The translations under genes were made by a program, and so were the position numbers. Of a stretch of DNA of 64,000 nucleotides, positions 37,109 to 50,400 are shown in pieces. Origin of the DNA: Octopus sinensis (Eukaryota); contig NC_042998.1 in assembly GCF_006345805.1 (NCBI RefSeq), positions 181,102,001 to 181,166,000 on the forward strand. Direction: 5' to 3'. The notes under the pieces are model-generated. The model had not been told where the DNA came from. It saw only the letters and a program-made list of their open reading frames with translations, and did no database searches. Numbering within the stretch: the first letter of the stretch is position 1; each line of letters opens with the position of its first letter.

Positions 37109-38280
37109 AGGTGGTTGCTGATAGCTCGTTGGATCTCCTGGCTTAGGTCGGCCTTCATATTTTCTAGGTAAGTCAGTAAAAAAGAGTTACCTCTTTGGTT
37201 TGCCACTTAGTCAGAGGATACATATTTCATATTTATATTTATTTGGTGTTATGGTTTTTTCATGGTTCTGTCTTCGTTCTTTGATTGTAGGAGGGGAAAC
37301 GTGGTTGTATTTTGTTTTAGTTGTTGTCGTAGATATCCTCTGTTGCTGTTTATATTTATTTTGCGATCGTTTTGTGCCCTTCAGGTGGTGGTGGTTGCAT
37401 TCTGGGTTCAGGAACATCCTTAGTGACACAGAAGTTTGGCACATTTTAGGATGGAAGAAGGTGCATCCATTGCCTTTTGTGCATCCATATTTGGGATCAG
37501 GACCATGGACTCTGTATTTAGGACAGTATTTGGGGTGGAGGTGAGGGCAGTTTTTCCCGTTATACCATATGGACAGGTGCCCTTAACAAGTCTACGAGGA
37601 TGGAAAAAAGCACAGCGTCCCTTGTTGTTGGTGCCGCTGGGGTCAAATCGACAGTTGCCTTGAGAATAGTAACGACAGGGTGTTTGATGTGGGTGTAGGT
37701 GTGGTTTTTCCATTCTGGCAGGCTCGTTGGTCAGTGGTCCTATTATAGTAGCAGTAGCAGAGTATTGTTGTTGTTGTTGTTGCTGTAGCAGCAGTGAAAC
37801 TTGACTTGCAACAGTAGGGTCGGGTGGAATCGGGTCAGATACTGGTGCTAAACAAGGTGCTTCCAATGTAGTAGCAGAAGCAGGCTGTTGTTGTTGTGAT
37901 AGAGAGTCCTGGCTTGCCAAGGTAGTGTTGGGTGGAATTAGGTCAGATGTTTGTTGCTGGCTATCGGGTCGTTGAAGTGACCCCTGACCTGTTGGAGTTG
38001 GGTCATTTGGTGCACTACATTCATTGACAAGGATGGTTTCTAGTGTTGCTATGTGCGTGTGGAAAATAGGAAATGTTCTTACAATCTCTTTTATTTTATT
38101 TTCGATCTGTTTTACAGATCTGTGAAAGGATTGTTTTGCTAATTTTTCAGCTATTTTACTGTAAACATTAGATTCGTTGTGGTGAGTGTACCAAGCGTTT
38201 ATCAGTGCAGTGATTTCATTTTCAACCCAGTGGCGTTTTTGAATATTATTGGCCATATTCAGTGGGACAGTATTATACAC
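37018..38280 (-). pseudogene. LINE ORF1: Myb/SANT trihelix-like domain, Q/P-rich repeat, tandem CCCH-type zinc fingers, coiled-coil-like end; frameshifted
   Basis: KRHWVENEITALINAW...KIAEKLAKQSFHRSVKQIENKIKEI; CRYYSQGNC..CAFFHP; after restoring one A at 37551-37555: CPYGITGKNCPHLHPKYCPKYRVHGPDPKYGCTKGNGCTFFHPKMC..ECNHHH. Confidence 0.8.
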
Positions 38281-38633
38281 TGTACGTCAGTTATTGATGG
38301 CTTGATGTATAATAGTGAATACACCGTTGAAAAGTTTGTGTCGATATATTCGGAAATGCGTGGCTATATCTGGGTGTGTGTGGGAGAGTTCAGTGTATTT
38401 AGTACAAATCAGGATGAGCGGTGTGTTTAATACAGATCAAGAAAAAAGAATTGTACTCACGGGACTAGTTTTAAAACTAGTCTTGGGTTTAGTTTTGGTT
38501 TATATTTCTTTCTCCAGGTTGTATATAGATTTGTATAAATTTGCCCTCCGATGGTAGTAAAAGAGTAGAATAGTAGAATTGTAGAATTCAAAAGTTCTGG
38601 GACTAAAAACAAGGAGAGTTTCTGCTGGCTTAT

Positions 38634-38760
38634 ACATATAAAAAACAAAAATATCCTGTTCTTGATGTTGAAATTCCAATGTAGGAACCTTGGATCTAGG
38701 TTAGAAATTGGGTCATTCTATGTTGGCAAGAAATCTTGTAATGAAACCGAAACTTGAAAT
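38634..38760 (+). mobile_element. R4/Dong-like 3'UTR, right half
   Basis: Reverse complement matches 437-540 at roughly 80% by eye. Confidence 0.7.
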
Positions 38761-39079
38761 AATAATTAATTAATTACCTCTCAATTTTCTCATCTTATTA
38801 TAATAAATTAATATATATAAACCACGGTTTACATAGTTACCTTGTAGTAGAGTATTAACTGTATTGTTCAATAGTTTTTGTATAGTTAACTAACCAGTAG
38901 ATTCATAGGATTTTTCTAGCCCTACACATTACATGAATTTAAAATGTAGAGCAATCTTCAGCTGCACAAAAAACATAAGATTTAATTAAATTTGAAGGAC
39001 ACATTAGTATAATTTTATCTAAAATCTCCAAGAGGATAAGGAGATAGACAAAGGACATGTTTTACCAACAACATCACAG

Positions 39080-39518
39080 TTGTTTCAGGCATTTGACTGA
39101 GGCCATGCTGGAGCACCGCCTTTAGTCGAGCAAATCGACCCCAGGACTTATTCTCTGTAAGCTTAGTACTTATTGTATCGGTCTCTTTTGCCGAAGCGAT
39201 AAGTTACGGAGATATAAACACACCAGAATCGGTTGTCAAGCGATGTTGGTGGGACAAACACAGACACACAAACACACACATATATACATATTTATATATA
39301 TATATACATATATACGACGGACGTCTTTCAGTTTTCGTCTACTAAATCCACTCACAAGGCTTTGGTAGGCCCGAGGCTATAGTAAAAGACTATAAAATAA
39401 CACTCGCAGGGCGCTGTTGACTCAGTATTATAGTAGGAGACACTTATTTAAGATGCCACACAGTGGGACTGATCCCGAAACCATGCGGTCGCAAAGCAAG
39501 CTTCTATACCACACAGCC
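39080..39518 (-). mobile_element. SINE family A copy with an approximately 50-bp internal insert
   Basis: Standard motifs; extra sequence at about 39385-39432 between repeated tatagta. Confidence 0.85.
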
Positions 39519-40347
39519 TGTATATGTAGATAACCTGTCGATCTTATTACAGAAATGGTTTATTACGAAAGTTACAAGTATTAAGTGTTGTAAAATTTCA
39601 AATCTATTCGTGTTTTAAGAAGATTTTTATAAATGTGGATTGAAACGTTACCAAACACAAATTTAGCTGAAAAAGGAAATACGGATGAAGTTGATATGCG
39701 TGAAATAATAGTAGTTTTACATACTATACCTTTTTCACGTTTCGCTTTTATACTTAGGTATTTTTGACATTTATTTTAGTCATTTAGTCATTCATAAACT
39801 TCTCATATATTCTTGTTAAATAGGAAGAAGCAAAAGCTGCTTTATCTTTGTAGAGACGGTGCGGTGCTGTGCTTAAATAATACTTAACACGTTCGTAATC
39901 ACTTAAGTAGTACAATGACACGAATAATGTAAATGGATTATAAAGATGACGGCAGGTTAAGTAGCAAGCAGTGAGACGAATCTATTGAAGCAAGCCTGTT
40001 TTGCATGTGTCAATGAGTACAATTTCATATCTATCGAGAAGTATACATATTCTTAATATAGCTACTGAAGAAAACAATGATAGTGGTGTATCATTGTACA
40101 ATGGTATTTCGGTAGAGCTGTTCAGTAATTGTTTAGTTGCTTATTCATTTCTTTGATATTTTAGATTCTTTCTATTATCACCAGAGACGCTTTCTTTTGA
40201 CTCCAGAAACTTGTTCATTGATATGCATTTTATCAGCGTCTTGATATTTAAGAAGGTGTGTTAAAATGATCGTGATAATGAGGATAGCGTAGAGGAAGAT
40301 AATGCTGCTGCTTTTGATGCTACTGCTGCTGCTGTTGGTGATGATGA

Positions 40348-40381
<34 letters not shown>

Positions 40382-42589
40382 GGTGGTGGTGGTGGTGGTG
40401 GTGGTGGTGGTGGTGGTGGTGGTAGTGTTGGTGGTGGTGGTGGTGGTGGTGGTGGTTATGATAATGATGATGATGATGACGACGACGACGACGATGACTA
40501 TGTTGTTGATGAGGAGGATTGTGATTATGAAGAATTTCCGATATTTGCCACAGAAGTGTTGGATGATAGGGACATTAATATGGCAGGTTCCAATGTGCAG
40601 GGTTTTGTATGAAATCAAGTGGGGAAAGAAAGAAAGGCGAAATGTAATAAAAAGTATACATATACAAAATAGATGCGTACATAGATGATATAATTCTCTG
40701 AATACAGAACATCTTTCAACTAGAGCTTATGAAGGAACCCCGATGTCTCTAGATCACTCTGACCATCAAGAATACATGCCGCCTCCCAAATGTTGTTCTC
40801 CGATTTATGGACACATGCTTTGAATACTTCTAGTCATTTAAATCATTGTCGTCATTCGACCTTCTTGAGAAAAATTCATAAGAGGAAAGCTCTTCCCTCT
40901 CCACCCATCCGCCCCACCATCACAACTATCCCTTTTTTTTCCAATCGGGGCTTGACTGAAAAGGAATGTGTCGGTCCGCAATTCCTTCAGCTTCATCCAC
41001 TAGCTTCCAGACATAGGAGAAACTGCCTGCCCAACACTATTAAAGGTGGACACGATCTGAACAACGGACTCTGTCGATGGCCGGTCTGACCTACAAGTGA
41101 CAGCAACTGTTCGACACCACTCCCCAAGTCAGCATAAGTTCAGGTGGTGTTTCTAACATAGGTACTGTTGAAATGTTGGGTGAGAGGCTTTTTCGATTAA
41201 CTTACTTTAATGGTACTTTATTTTATAGGCCTCGGGAGAATGAAAAGCAAAGTTAGTCACAAAGGGATTTGTACACAGAACGCAAAGAACTGGGATAAAT
41301 ACTGCAATTTATTTATCGAATGATCCTTCAAATCCAATTCCCTGTTTTTAACATTGGCTCCAGACCACTTTTTTGTCGGGGAAAAAACAATCAATTAAAT
41401 CATACCAAGATTACTGTGGGACTTTTTTTTTATAACTCCTGGAAGGAAAAGGGCAAAAGAAATTTTCGAGGTATTTGAGCTCAAAACATGAATGACACAA
41501 AACTGAATAGTACAAAATATTTTTCCAATGTTCTATCACTTCTGTTAATCCACTGTTGTAGTAAGCAAAGAAAATATTAATTGCATTTGAAATATACTAT
41601 CCTCAAGCTGACATACAACAATTATAGGTACCGTCAATCAAGAGATGCAGTGAGGCCTTCTGCAACAAGAAAATTATTATAATTGGTTAGTGAAGGATTT
41701 TAAAATATCTAGTAAGAAATAAGTAAATGTAATACAAAAATCTATAAAATGTTAACAAAACGTAAAAATCTGTTTGCAGTTTTCAATGATGCCAATAAAT
41801 ATAAAACAGAAGCTGAAGTAACAGGCAGCTGCAAAGAGAATAGAGAAACAACAGACACCATTAAAAAAATAATAACCGGAAAATGGAATTAGAAAATTTC
41901 ATACGAGGATGTTGGCAAGTATAGTTCCAAGATGACTAATATCTAATAAGACTGAACTAAGAAGAAATGTTATTTTTTTTAAAAATCGACTCTGACTGAG
42001 AAGCTGAGTCAGAAGTACTGTTTGCTTGCTTGTTTCTTTGTTTATTTTCGTGGCACAAGACCAAGTCCATTGAACCATGTACAACCTAAAGCAGATGAAA
42101 AATCAGAATTCGAAAAGTAACTATAGAATATGCGGAGTTAGTGAAGAAACCCAGCAATGACATAGTCTTGTCTGTCAATTTTTATATATGCATGCATATA
42201 TACATACATACATACATATATGCATGCATATATACATACATACATACATACATACATACATAAATACATACATACATACATACATACATACATACATACA
42301 TACATACATACATACATACATACATACATACATACACGCAAGCACACGCACACACCCACACACGCACACACAGAAGTGAAATAAACACTGGAGGCAGTTC
42401 GCCGCATGCAGAGATTTCAGGAGCTACTCAGAAGGAAGTACTACAAGCTTTTTTATCCGAATGAATGTCGGAAAATACTGAAGGGTCTCAAACATAAATA
42501 CATACATATATACATATTACCGACCACTATCAGCAGTAAATATTGATGCATTGTTGTGCCACTATTCTATATATATATATATATATATA

Positions 42590-42853
42590 TGCTCTTCTCT
42601 ATACATCGGACAAACGGGACGCTGCTTGGCTGACCAGATCGCGGAACACCCCCGAGACATCCGACTCGGCAATGACAACCCGGTCTCGCGCCATGTCCGC
42701 TCTACCGGTCACTCTTTGCAACACCTATTTGTGTTCGGATTGTCCGTGCACAGTATCCATCCGGACTCCCGCTTTCGCCGTGAACAAGAATTAATCTTCT
42801 CTCTTCGCTCCTTTGCCCCATATGGGCTCAAGTCTCCTCCCCTCTTCATCTAA
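42590..42853 (+). pseudogene. Penelope-like element GIY-YIG endonuclease C-terminal part
   Basis: CSSLYIGQTGRCLADQIAEHPRDIR..PVSRH..GH..REQELIFSLRSFAPYGL, the YIGQT...EH...H...RE..I..L...P.GL pattern of PLE endonucleases. Confidence 0.85.
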
Positions 42854-43665
42854 CACTCTTACCCTTTTCTCTCTTCCTCTCACCTACTTCCTCCCACCTA
42901 CCTCTACTCTCTTGCACTGACTCCTACTTCTTATCTTCACCCCTACTCTCTTTCTCTCTTCTCTTCACTCCTACCCACCCTCTCTCTTCCCCCTCTCCCT
43001 TCATCTTCACCCCCCCCCCTCGTAACCTCACCCTACACAATCCAACTCCAACTTCCCTATCCATCCCATCTCACCCCCACATTCTTTACACCCACTCCCA
43101 CATTCCCCACCTGTACCCCCACCCTTACTTTCTCCACTCTTGCCTTCCCCACATCTCAACACCACCACACCACACACCACCACACCACACACCACCACAC
43201 CACACACCACCACGCCACACACCACCACACCACACATTACCACATCACATTACCACACAACACCACATCACACCACCACGCACACACTAGCACTGACCAC
43301 TTCCCAGCCCCACACATGTACATATGCACACACGCAGATGTCAAGGTCACCTGCTCTCTTCCACACGCACATACATGCTCTCTTATACATACGCACGCGC
43401 ACCTTCGTTTTGGAATCACCACTACTTTTTTATCTCCCCTTCTTCATAGCTCCCCTGTGTAACCCCTCTGTCCGGCATTCGCCATGATAGATCACCAGCC
43501 ACTACACATTCTTTATTTTCTCTCCCTGTTTCTTTCTGTGTTCCTTTCGAGCATAGGCTCGAAATGTTAAAGACTTTTTCCCATCCCGATCGTTAAACTA
43601 ATACATCTATTTGTTGTCTACACCACCAGTCTTCGTCTTTTGTTTTTCTGTGAATTCACCCTATA
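42590..43665 (+). mobile_element. 5'-truncated Penelope-like element: EN end, C-rich spacer, terminal repeat (43458-43665)
   Basis: Terminal repeat is closely similar to 62133-62345; flanked by (TA)n and (TG)n. Confidence 0.8.
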
Positions 43666-43683
43666 TATATCTGTATGTGTGTA

Positions 43684-43742
<59 letters not shown>

Positions 43743-45151
43743 TGTGTGTGTGTGTGTGTTTGTGAGAGAGAGTATGATAGTTGACAGGGTTGAAACTTTC
43801 ATACACTGGAAACTATGCGAGCATTGTGCGATACAGGTTGGAAAGATGTTATATAAATGTTCACCAGAAAAGATTGCAGATTATACTCTGGGACATACCA
43901 GTTCATAAAAACAAGTTAGTTAATGAACACCGACCATATATTAGCATCAAAGATCTCCACGAGCAAAAGAATAATAGTTGTATTAATCCAACAATCACCA
44001 GCATGTCTCTATAAGAAATGAACAAACTATTCACGTATAAAATCTAGAAAATAAAGATAACTTGAGTGTGGGGATTTAAAACAGAAACAGTCCCCTTAAT
44101 AATAAGTGTCTTGGGAATTATAAAAGATACAGGCAAATATAAAACTAAAACATACACAATATAGCGAAAATATCATTCACTGTATGTTGCAGTGTATTAT
44201 AGATTACTTTCAATATAACAGGAAAACAAATACACAGAATAAAACAAAGCATTGATTGTACCTGATGTAAAACAGTGATTCGATCAGTTGTGCAACAAAA
44301 AGATGCGGTAAAAATAAGTCATCTAGAATAATAATGAGTGTAGTGGATTCGCAGAAGGATGCTAAAGGAATTGCTGCTATTGGATCCTAAACGAATTGAA
44401 CTGAAGGATTTACAGTATTCAAGTTCATACTTAAACGTTCATAATTCAAATCCTGGCAGGCCCAAATTTGCTTTCGTCCCTCCAGATGTCAACTGCGTTC
44501 CACTCAATAAATTATAGGTTTGGCTTTGCACCAATACAGTAAATCGTCAGTATTACGACATAGTAACGCCCTGTAACAATTTCTCGGCGCATTCAATTAG
44601 TGATTTTATTTCAATTCTTGATTAGAATCTTTTCGTTTATATTCTTTATCTATTGAAAGCAAAATGAGTCTCAAGTTTAAGTTTCCTTCCAACTAAACCC
44701 AGAAAATATTTCAGTAAACATCTTCAGTAATAATGTCCTTGCCACTTCAGCGACCACCACCACCATTATTATTATTATTATTATTATCAAATTGCAGCTT
44801 GGAATCATCATTATCATCATCAGTGGTATCTTCTTCATCATCACCGCGGTCGTCGTCGTCGTCTTCGTTTTGGTCGCAGCGTTTTTTAAACTCGAAATAG
44901 ATTAGGCACTGCAATTTACTAGAATAGCAGTTCAGCTATTAAGATATATGTTAAGTAGCTACCATTGCCACTTCAGTTGATTATAAAGATTATATAGAAT
45001 GCCAAGTACTCTGAAAGCTTGTTACAAAAAGTATTCGTGTCAAAGAGAATTACATTCAAAAGCATATTCGTGAAAATATGTCAAACACAATCATATCCGT
45101 ATATATATATATACATACACACATATATACATACATACATACATACATATA

Positions 45152-45236
<85 letters not shown>

Positions 45237-45321
45237 CATACATATATACATATATATATATATGTATATGTATACATATATGTATATATATACATCTATA
45301 TACATATATATATGTATATAC

Positions 45322-45355
<34 letters not shown>

Positions 45356-45526
45356 GTATATATATACATATATGTGTATATATATATATATTATATATAT
45401 ATATATATATTATATGCATATATACAATATTATATTATATAAGTATATATATTGTGTCATGCACATTTATATATAATAGTATATATATATATATTACATA
45501 TGTATATATATTTATATAATATTATA

Positions 45527-45565
<39 letters not shown>

Positions 45566-45664
45566 CGCATACTCACACATATGAACGTAAACACATATAT
45601 GTATACACAAGTACACAGATAGATAAACAGACATACAGACAGACAGACACAAATAGATAGATAT

Positions 45665-45741
<77 letters not shown>

Positions 45742-45758
45742 TAGATAGACAGACAGAC

Positions 45759-45931
<173 letters not shown>

Positions 45932-45957
45932 CACAGACAGACACACAGACAGACAGT

Positions 45958-46049
<92 letters not shown>

Positions 46050-46843
46050 GTATCGTGTAAACGCAATGTGTCACATATAATATCATTCCCACATTCAGAT
46101 ATTTGAAATTTACTATTCTAACTCTTCTTTATTTCTAATCAACGGGTGAGAAAAGCTGTAGTTTTACCTATGCTAAAACGTTTTTATGATCATATTGAAG
46201 AATTATATTTTATATTTATTTCTTCTTTATTTGATTGTATATTTTTTACTAGAGACAAGATTCCTTTAAACAAGACACTAGTCTTGCGAAAGTAATAGAT
46301 CGAGTTATTCATTTTGACTTTTTCCGTTTAACGTTTAATCTATGCTCTAATGATTTTAGAATCCATAAGGAGAAAATAATCTAGTAAGATTATCACCACT
46401 CGACAGAATAATTGAAGAACAAATAGACACAAAATTTTCAAACCAAAAGCAAAGATCACATTTATACCTTTGAAATATGTTCTTACATTTAGATTTAGCA
46501 GACAATAAGCCTAAAGTTTTGTATTTTTATTGCCAATTTTCATTTTCATCCATATATTTTCCAGTTATCTACACGAACTATATATTTATATAATGTCCTT
46601 ATTATCGTCATCATCACCATCATCAATATCATCATAAAGTAGTTGATAGGACCAGGGTTCTGAGAGTACAAAGGAAACAGATTTTACCGAGTAATAATAA
46701 TAGGCTACTGCAGTAACATCACCATTTCTAATACCTATACGTGTTACGTGAGTTAAGGCCATGCTTCTGGAATTAAGCTTTCTGTGCCATATGCTTAGTA
46801 AACTATTTCTATAATAGTAAACAGAACAGAATCCAAGGAGACT

Positions 46844-47156
46844 GGTTGGTTTGTTTGTTCCTTCTCGAGCCACGCCTGGCTCATAAGGGCCGGTTTCCCG
46901 GTTTCCTTGGCGTATAGGTTCCCCACCTGAACGGGACGCCGGTCCGTCGCAGGTGAGCTGCAGGATGCAGAAGGAAAGAGTGAGAGAAAGTTGTGGCGAA
47001 AGAGTCAGCAGAAGCTCGCCATTACCTTCTGCAGGAGCCGCATGGAGCTTAGGTGTTTCGCTCATAAACACACACACATCACCCGGTCTGAGATTCCAAC
47101 CAGTGATCCCTCGACCGTGAGTCCGCTGCTCTAACCACTAGGCCATGTGCCTCCAC
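46844..47156 (-). mobile_element. tRNA-derived SINE family D (V-domain-like body)
   Basis: ggaggcacatggcctagtggttagagc...ggttggaatctc head; gcgacggaccggcgtcccgttcagg...gaaaccggccc...ggctcgagaaggaacaaacaaacc tail. Confidence 0.8.
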
Positions 47157-47253
47157 TCTAGGCCATGTGGTTGGTGGCTGTACACGTCATTAAGAATTGT
47201 ATTATTTGGAAGAAAAAAACAATATAATGGAATTGCCGTGACAAGCGGAGTAT

Positions 47254-47284
47254 CCGGCGTTTCGGACAATGTCCTTCTTCAGGG
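47254..47284 (-). ncRNA. Minimal hammerhead ribozyme motif with a U16.1->C change
   Basis: CC CUGAAGA A GGAC AUU GUCC GAA ACGC C GG; one A at plus 47257 would restore ACGU C^GG. Confidence 0.6.
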
Positions 47285-47408
47285 TAAAAATGACAGGAGG
47301 GAAATAAATAAAAGATAGTACAGTTTCATACTATCTATGTTTGGAAACTGAATGCAACTAACGGGAAATGCAAGACAGCGTGAACTTGCATAAGTAGATG
47401 AGAAGAAG

Positions 47409-47443
<35 letters not shown>

Positions 47444-50400
47444 AACTGGATGAGGGAGGGAGGTTTAAAGGGAAATGAAACGATAGAGAAAAGTGAGTGA
47501 GGATGCGATCGGATAAAAAATTCCGAAACACTGGGTTCTCCACTCCCCACACCAATTTCACTGTGCTTTCTGTCGCTTTATCTCTAACATTCTAAAATGA
47601 TATCCTCAATTCTCATCTTGTGGCGTCTGACTGCCTGTTATCAGTATTCGAAATTTACTAATGTTAATGCATCATATGAACTAGCAGAAAGACCGCCTCC
47701 CGGGCGGTTTTCTACTAACCCCTTTGATAATATTTTCACATTTGATTCCCAATTCTAATATTTTTTGTATTTTACGCCTAATCATTTTTTTGTATAGTAG
47801 TGCTCACTTTCTTAATAAATATTCCTTTCGTTATTTTATCAATGATAATCTCTCTTTTTTAAACAAACATCACGGTAGTCCAACAACAGAGGGAGAAGCA
47901 CTTTGTCAAGTTTTACCTTCCCCTCAAAGCAACATAGAAATTTCAATTCAGCAGTCCATTTGTAAGCTTTGCAGTGTGTATGTGTGTGTGAAAGAGAGAA
48001 CATTGCAAACAATGAATGAAATAAACGTGGAATGTAAAATCGTATAAATAAAAGGGCATTACTACAGATGTATACGCACCCGACTTTGTTGCCTCATAAC
48101 ATCCAGAAAAAGGAAAAAATTGTGAAAACTCTTTTTTTTTATACCCCTTGAGAAATTGAAATGATAGGAAATTTCCAGACAGTCAACCGTTTAATAATTG
48201 CTTTCTTTTTGTACTTTTAGTAATTGCTACATCCCTTATTAATAATTAATGTGACAATTAAATTTAAGTTTATTTCAAAGACTAACAACGTAAACATCAA
48301 AACGTCACATTTACATATCCTTTAAATATATAAGTAGGTTTGCTATTTACTTTAGTTGGTAGCAGGAAAGTATTTATTGTCATAGTGACATCTACACAAT
48401 AGCTAGATTTGAAATTGGATGTACTGCTACTTCAAAGATGTAAAATACATTGTAAGTAGTTACGTTTTTGTTTTCACAAATATCTTTAAAGTAAAGCCAT
48501 AAAGAGAGGGTCTGCCTAATATATTACGAGCCGTATATTACTAGTATCTTTTTTCTTTTCTTTTCTTTTTTTTTGGGGGGGGGGTTATTGATGACGGAAG
48601 GACAGCACAGTATGACCTAGACTCAGAAACTTGACGGACAAAAGTGAATAACATGTCTACAGTGCAACACGCCACTGTCTTATCTAGGGTTGTAGACTTG
48701 TTTAGAAAATTATATTGTTGCAGATGTTGTGTGATTCAACTCAATCTGAAAACTTTTAAGAAAAGTGTTTCGATGAATAAAAATAAATTGGCTTAGAACG
48801 AACAGATAATCGAAGAATGAACTACGATAGCTGGTTCCAATATCTTTTGTCGCACATTTCAACTGCTGTTACTTAAACACTCTAACTTGAATTCTTTTGT
48901 GACTTTTATGATAAATAATACACCAAACTAGATGCTATTTACTCACCAGAATAAAGATTTGAAATTCCAATAGAATCTCTCAACTCCTTTCTTTTACAGT
49001 TTAGTTGCCTGACAGAAAAGAGAACTGTTGCAAGTTGAAATTCAAAGCGAAACAATACTGCCGAAATTTAAATACCATTTAGACATGCTAGGATCACAGT
49101 ATATGTCTGTCTGTATGAATTCCAGTAAATACTGGCCTGAAACTAAAAGTCAACTATCAACGAGTGTCTGGAAACAAACAACACACGAGAACGATGCTAA
49201 TAATTTTGTACCATTCTAACCTGTTATTTATACCACTACACATTTTCTGGTAGTTGCACATTTAATTTCGGGAGTTGGGTTCGATGATATTGATTCAACC
49301 ATTTTACTAAATAAAAGCTCTATTCCATTCAACAAGAATATATACAAAACAGTAAATAAACTTATATAACTCAAATATCAAGCTTCAAACAAACTCAAAA
49401 ATGCCAAAACTAATCTAGAATTTTCATCGAACTGTTAAATATCAGATTCACTTTTCATTCAAGGGCCCTTTTTTAAAAATCAAAATTAGTCGTTTAATGA
49501 TTGATTATTCTCATCAAGGAGAGATTTTAACTAAAATTTCTTGGTGTAGTAAATCATATATTGTAGTGTCCACTTTCCTTCTATGCCCAGCTGTCAACCA
49601 CCTCCAGAAGCTTTCTAATACTTCAAGATGCTCACGCACTAGTCAAGTTCACCTTACTCTGTAAGTTCTGCTGCTAGTAACAGAGTCATCAGTTCGTACA
49701 ATTTCAAATTGGATTATAAATGAATGACTGCAATAGACGATAGATAGTTCGCACGTAGCACATCACATCTAATTACAATGTAGTGTGAAGTCGTATTGGC
49801 TACCTACGTTTGATGTCCTTTGAAGTTAACCTGTTTGGAGACGCTCGATAAACAATGCTAATTCTGATGAAGTTTTACATTGTTAGATATAATTAAAACG
49901 CCATGTGAATTTAATGAAAACAAATCTCTACTTCAAAATTGGCAATTTTCCTGATAGACGTTCTTTATGAGATAAGGAAACTGTTTGTTGCTTATACTAT
50001 AATTGTTATTATTAATGCTATAACAAGAACTACTACTACTACTATGACGACTAGAACAACAGCAACTAGGATCCCGGTGGCCCTAATCCTTGAATATCTG
50101 AAATGTACAGGATTATTTTTATTTAATATCGGTGGACACCTTGGAAAATTTGTGTTGCAACTTCCAGTCCAAGTAGAAATTTTTTCACTTAACTTACTCC
50201 CTTCATGGTTCCTAAAAAGGCAACGGCATCATTTTACTTCCTATTTCCCCTCTTCAAAACGTTAGACATCTTAGCTCTTTCTTAATCAGCAACCTTTGCT
50301 TCCCCACTTATCTCACTTTAAATCAAATCTTTAGCCACAGTAACCAGGCTAAAAGATAATCGTGGCTTGTAAATCGCTTTGTCTCCTATATATAGAATGA

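Larger units (their letters stand above)
33926..38633 (-). mobile_element. Full-length decayed CR1-group (APE-RT) LINE, about 4.7 kb
   Basis: About 350-bp 5'UTR, ORF1, ORF2 with APE and RT, short 3'UTR with a gacca/tggtc hairpin and atctaagtt-t-atctacgtt tail. Candidate 5-bp TSD acata at 33921-33925 and 38634-38638. Confidence 0.92.

Noticed and set aside
34288-37663. Plus-strand ORFs over the LINE
   Set aside because: Antisense shadows of ORF1 and ORF2.
47680-47717. GC hairpin followed by a T-run, resembling a bacterial terminator
   Set aside because: Eukaryotic context; it begins actagcag like the HINE-like termini, so a mobile-element remnant is more likely.
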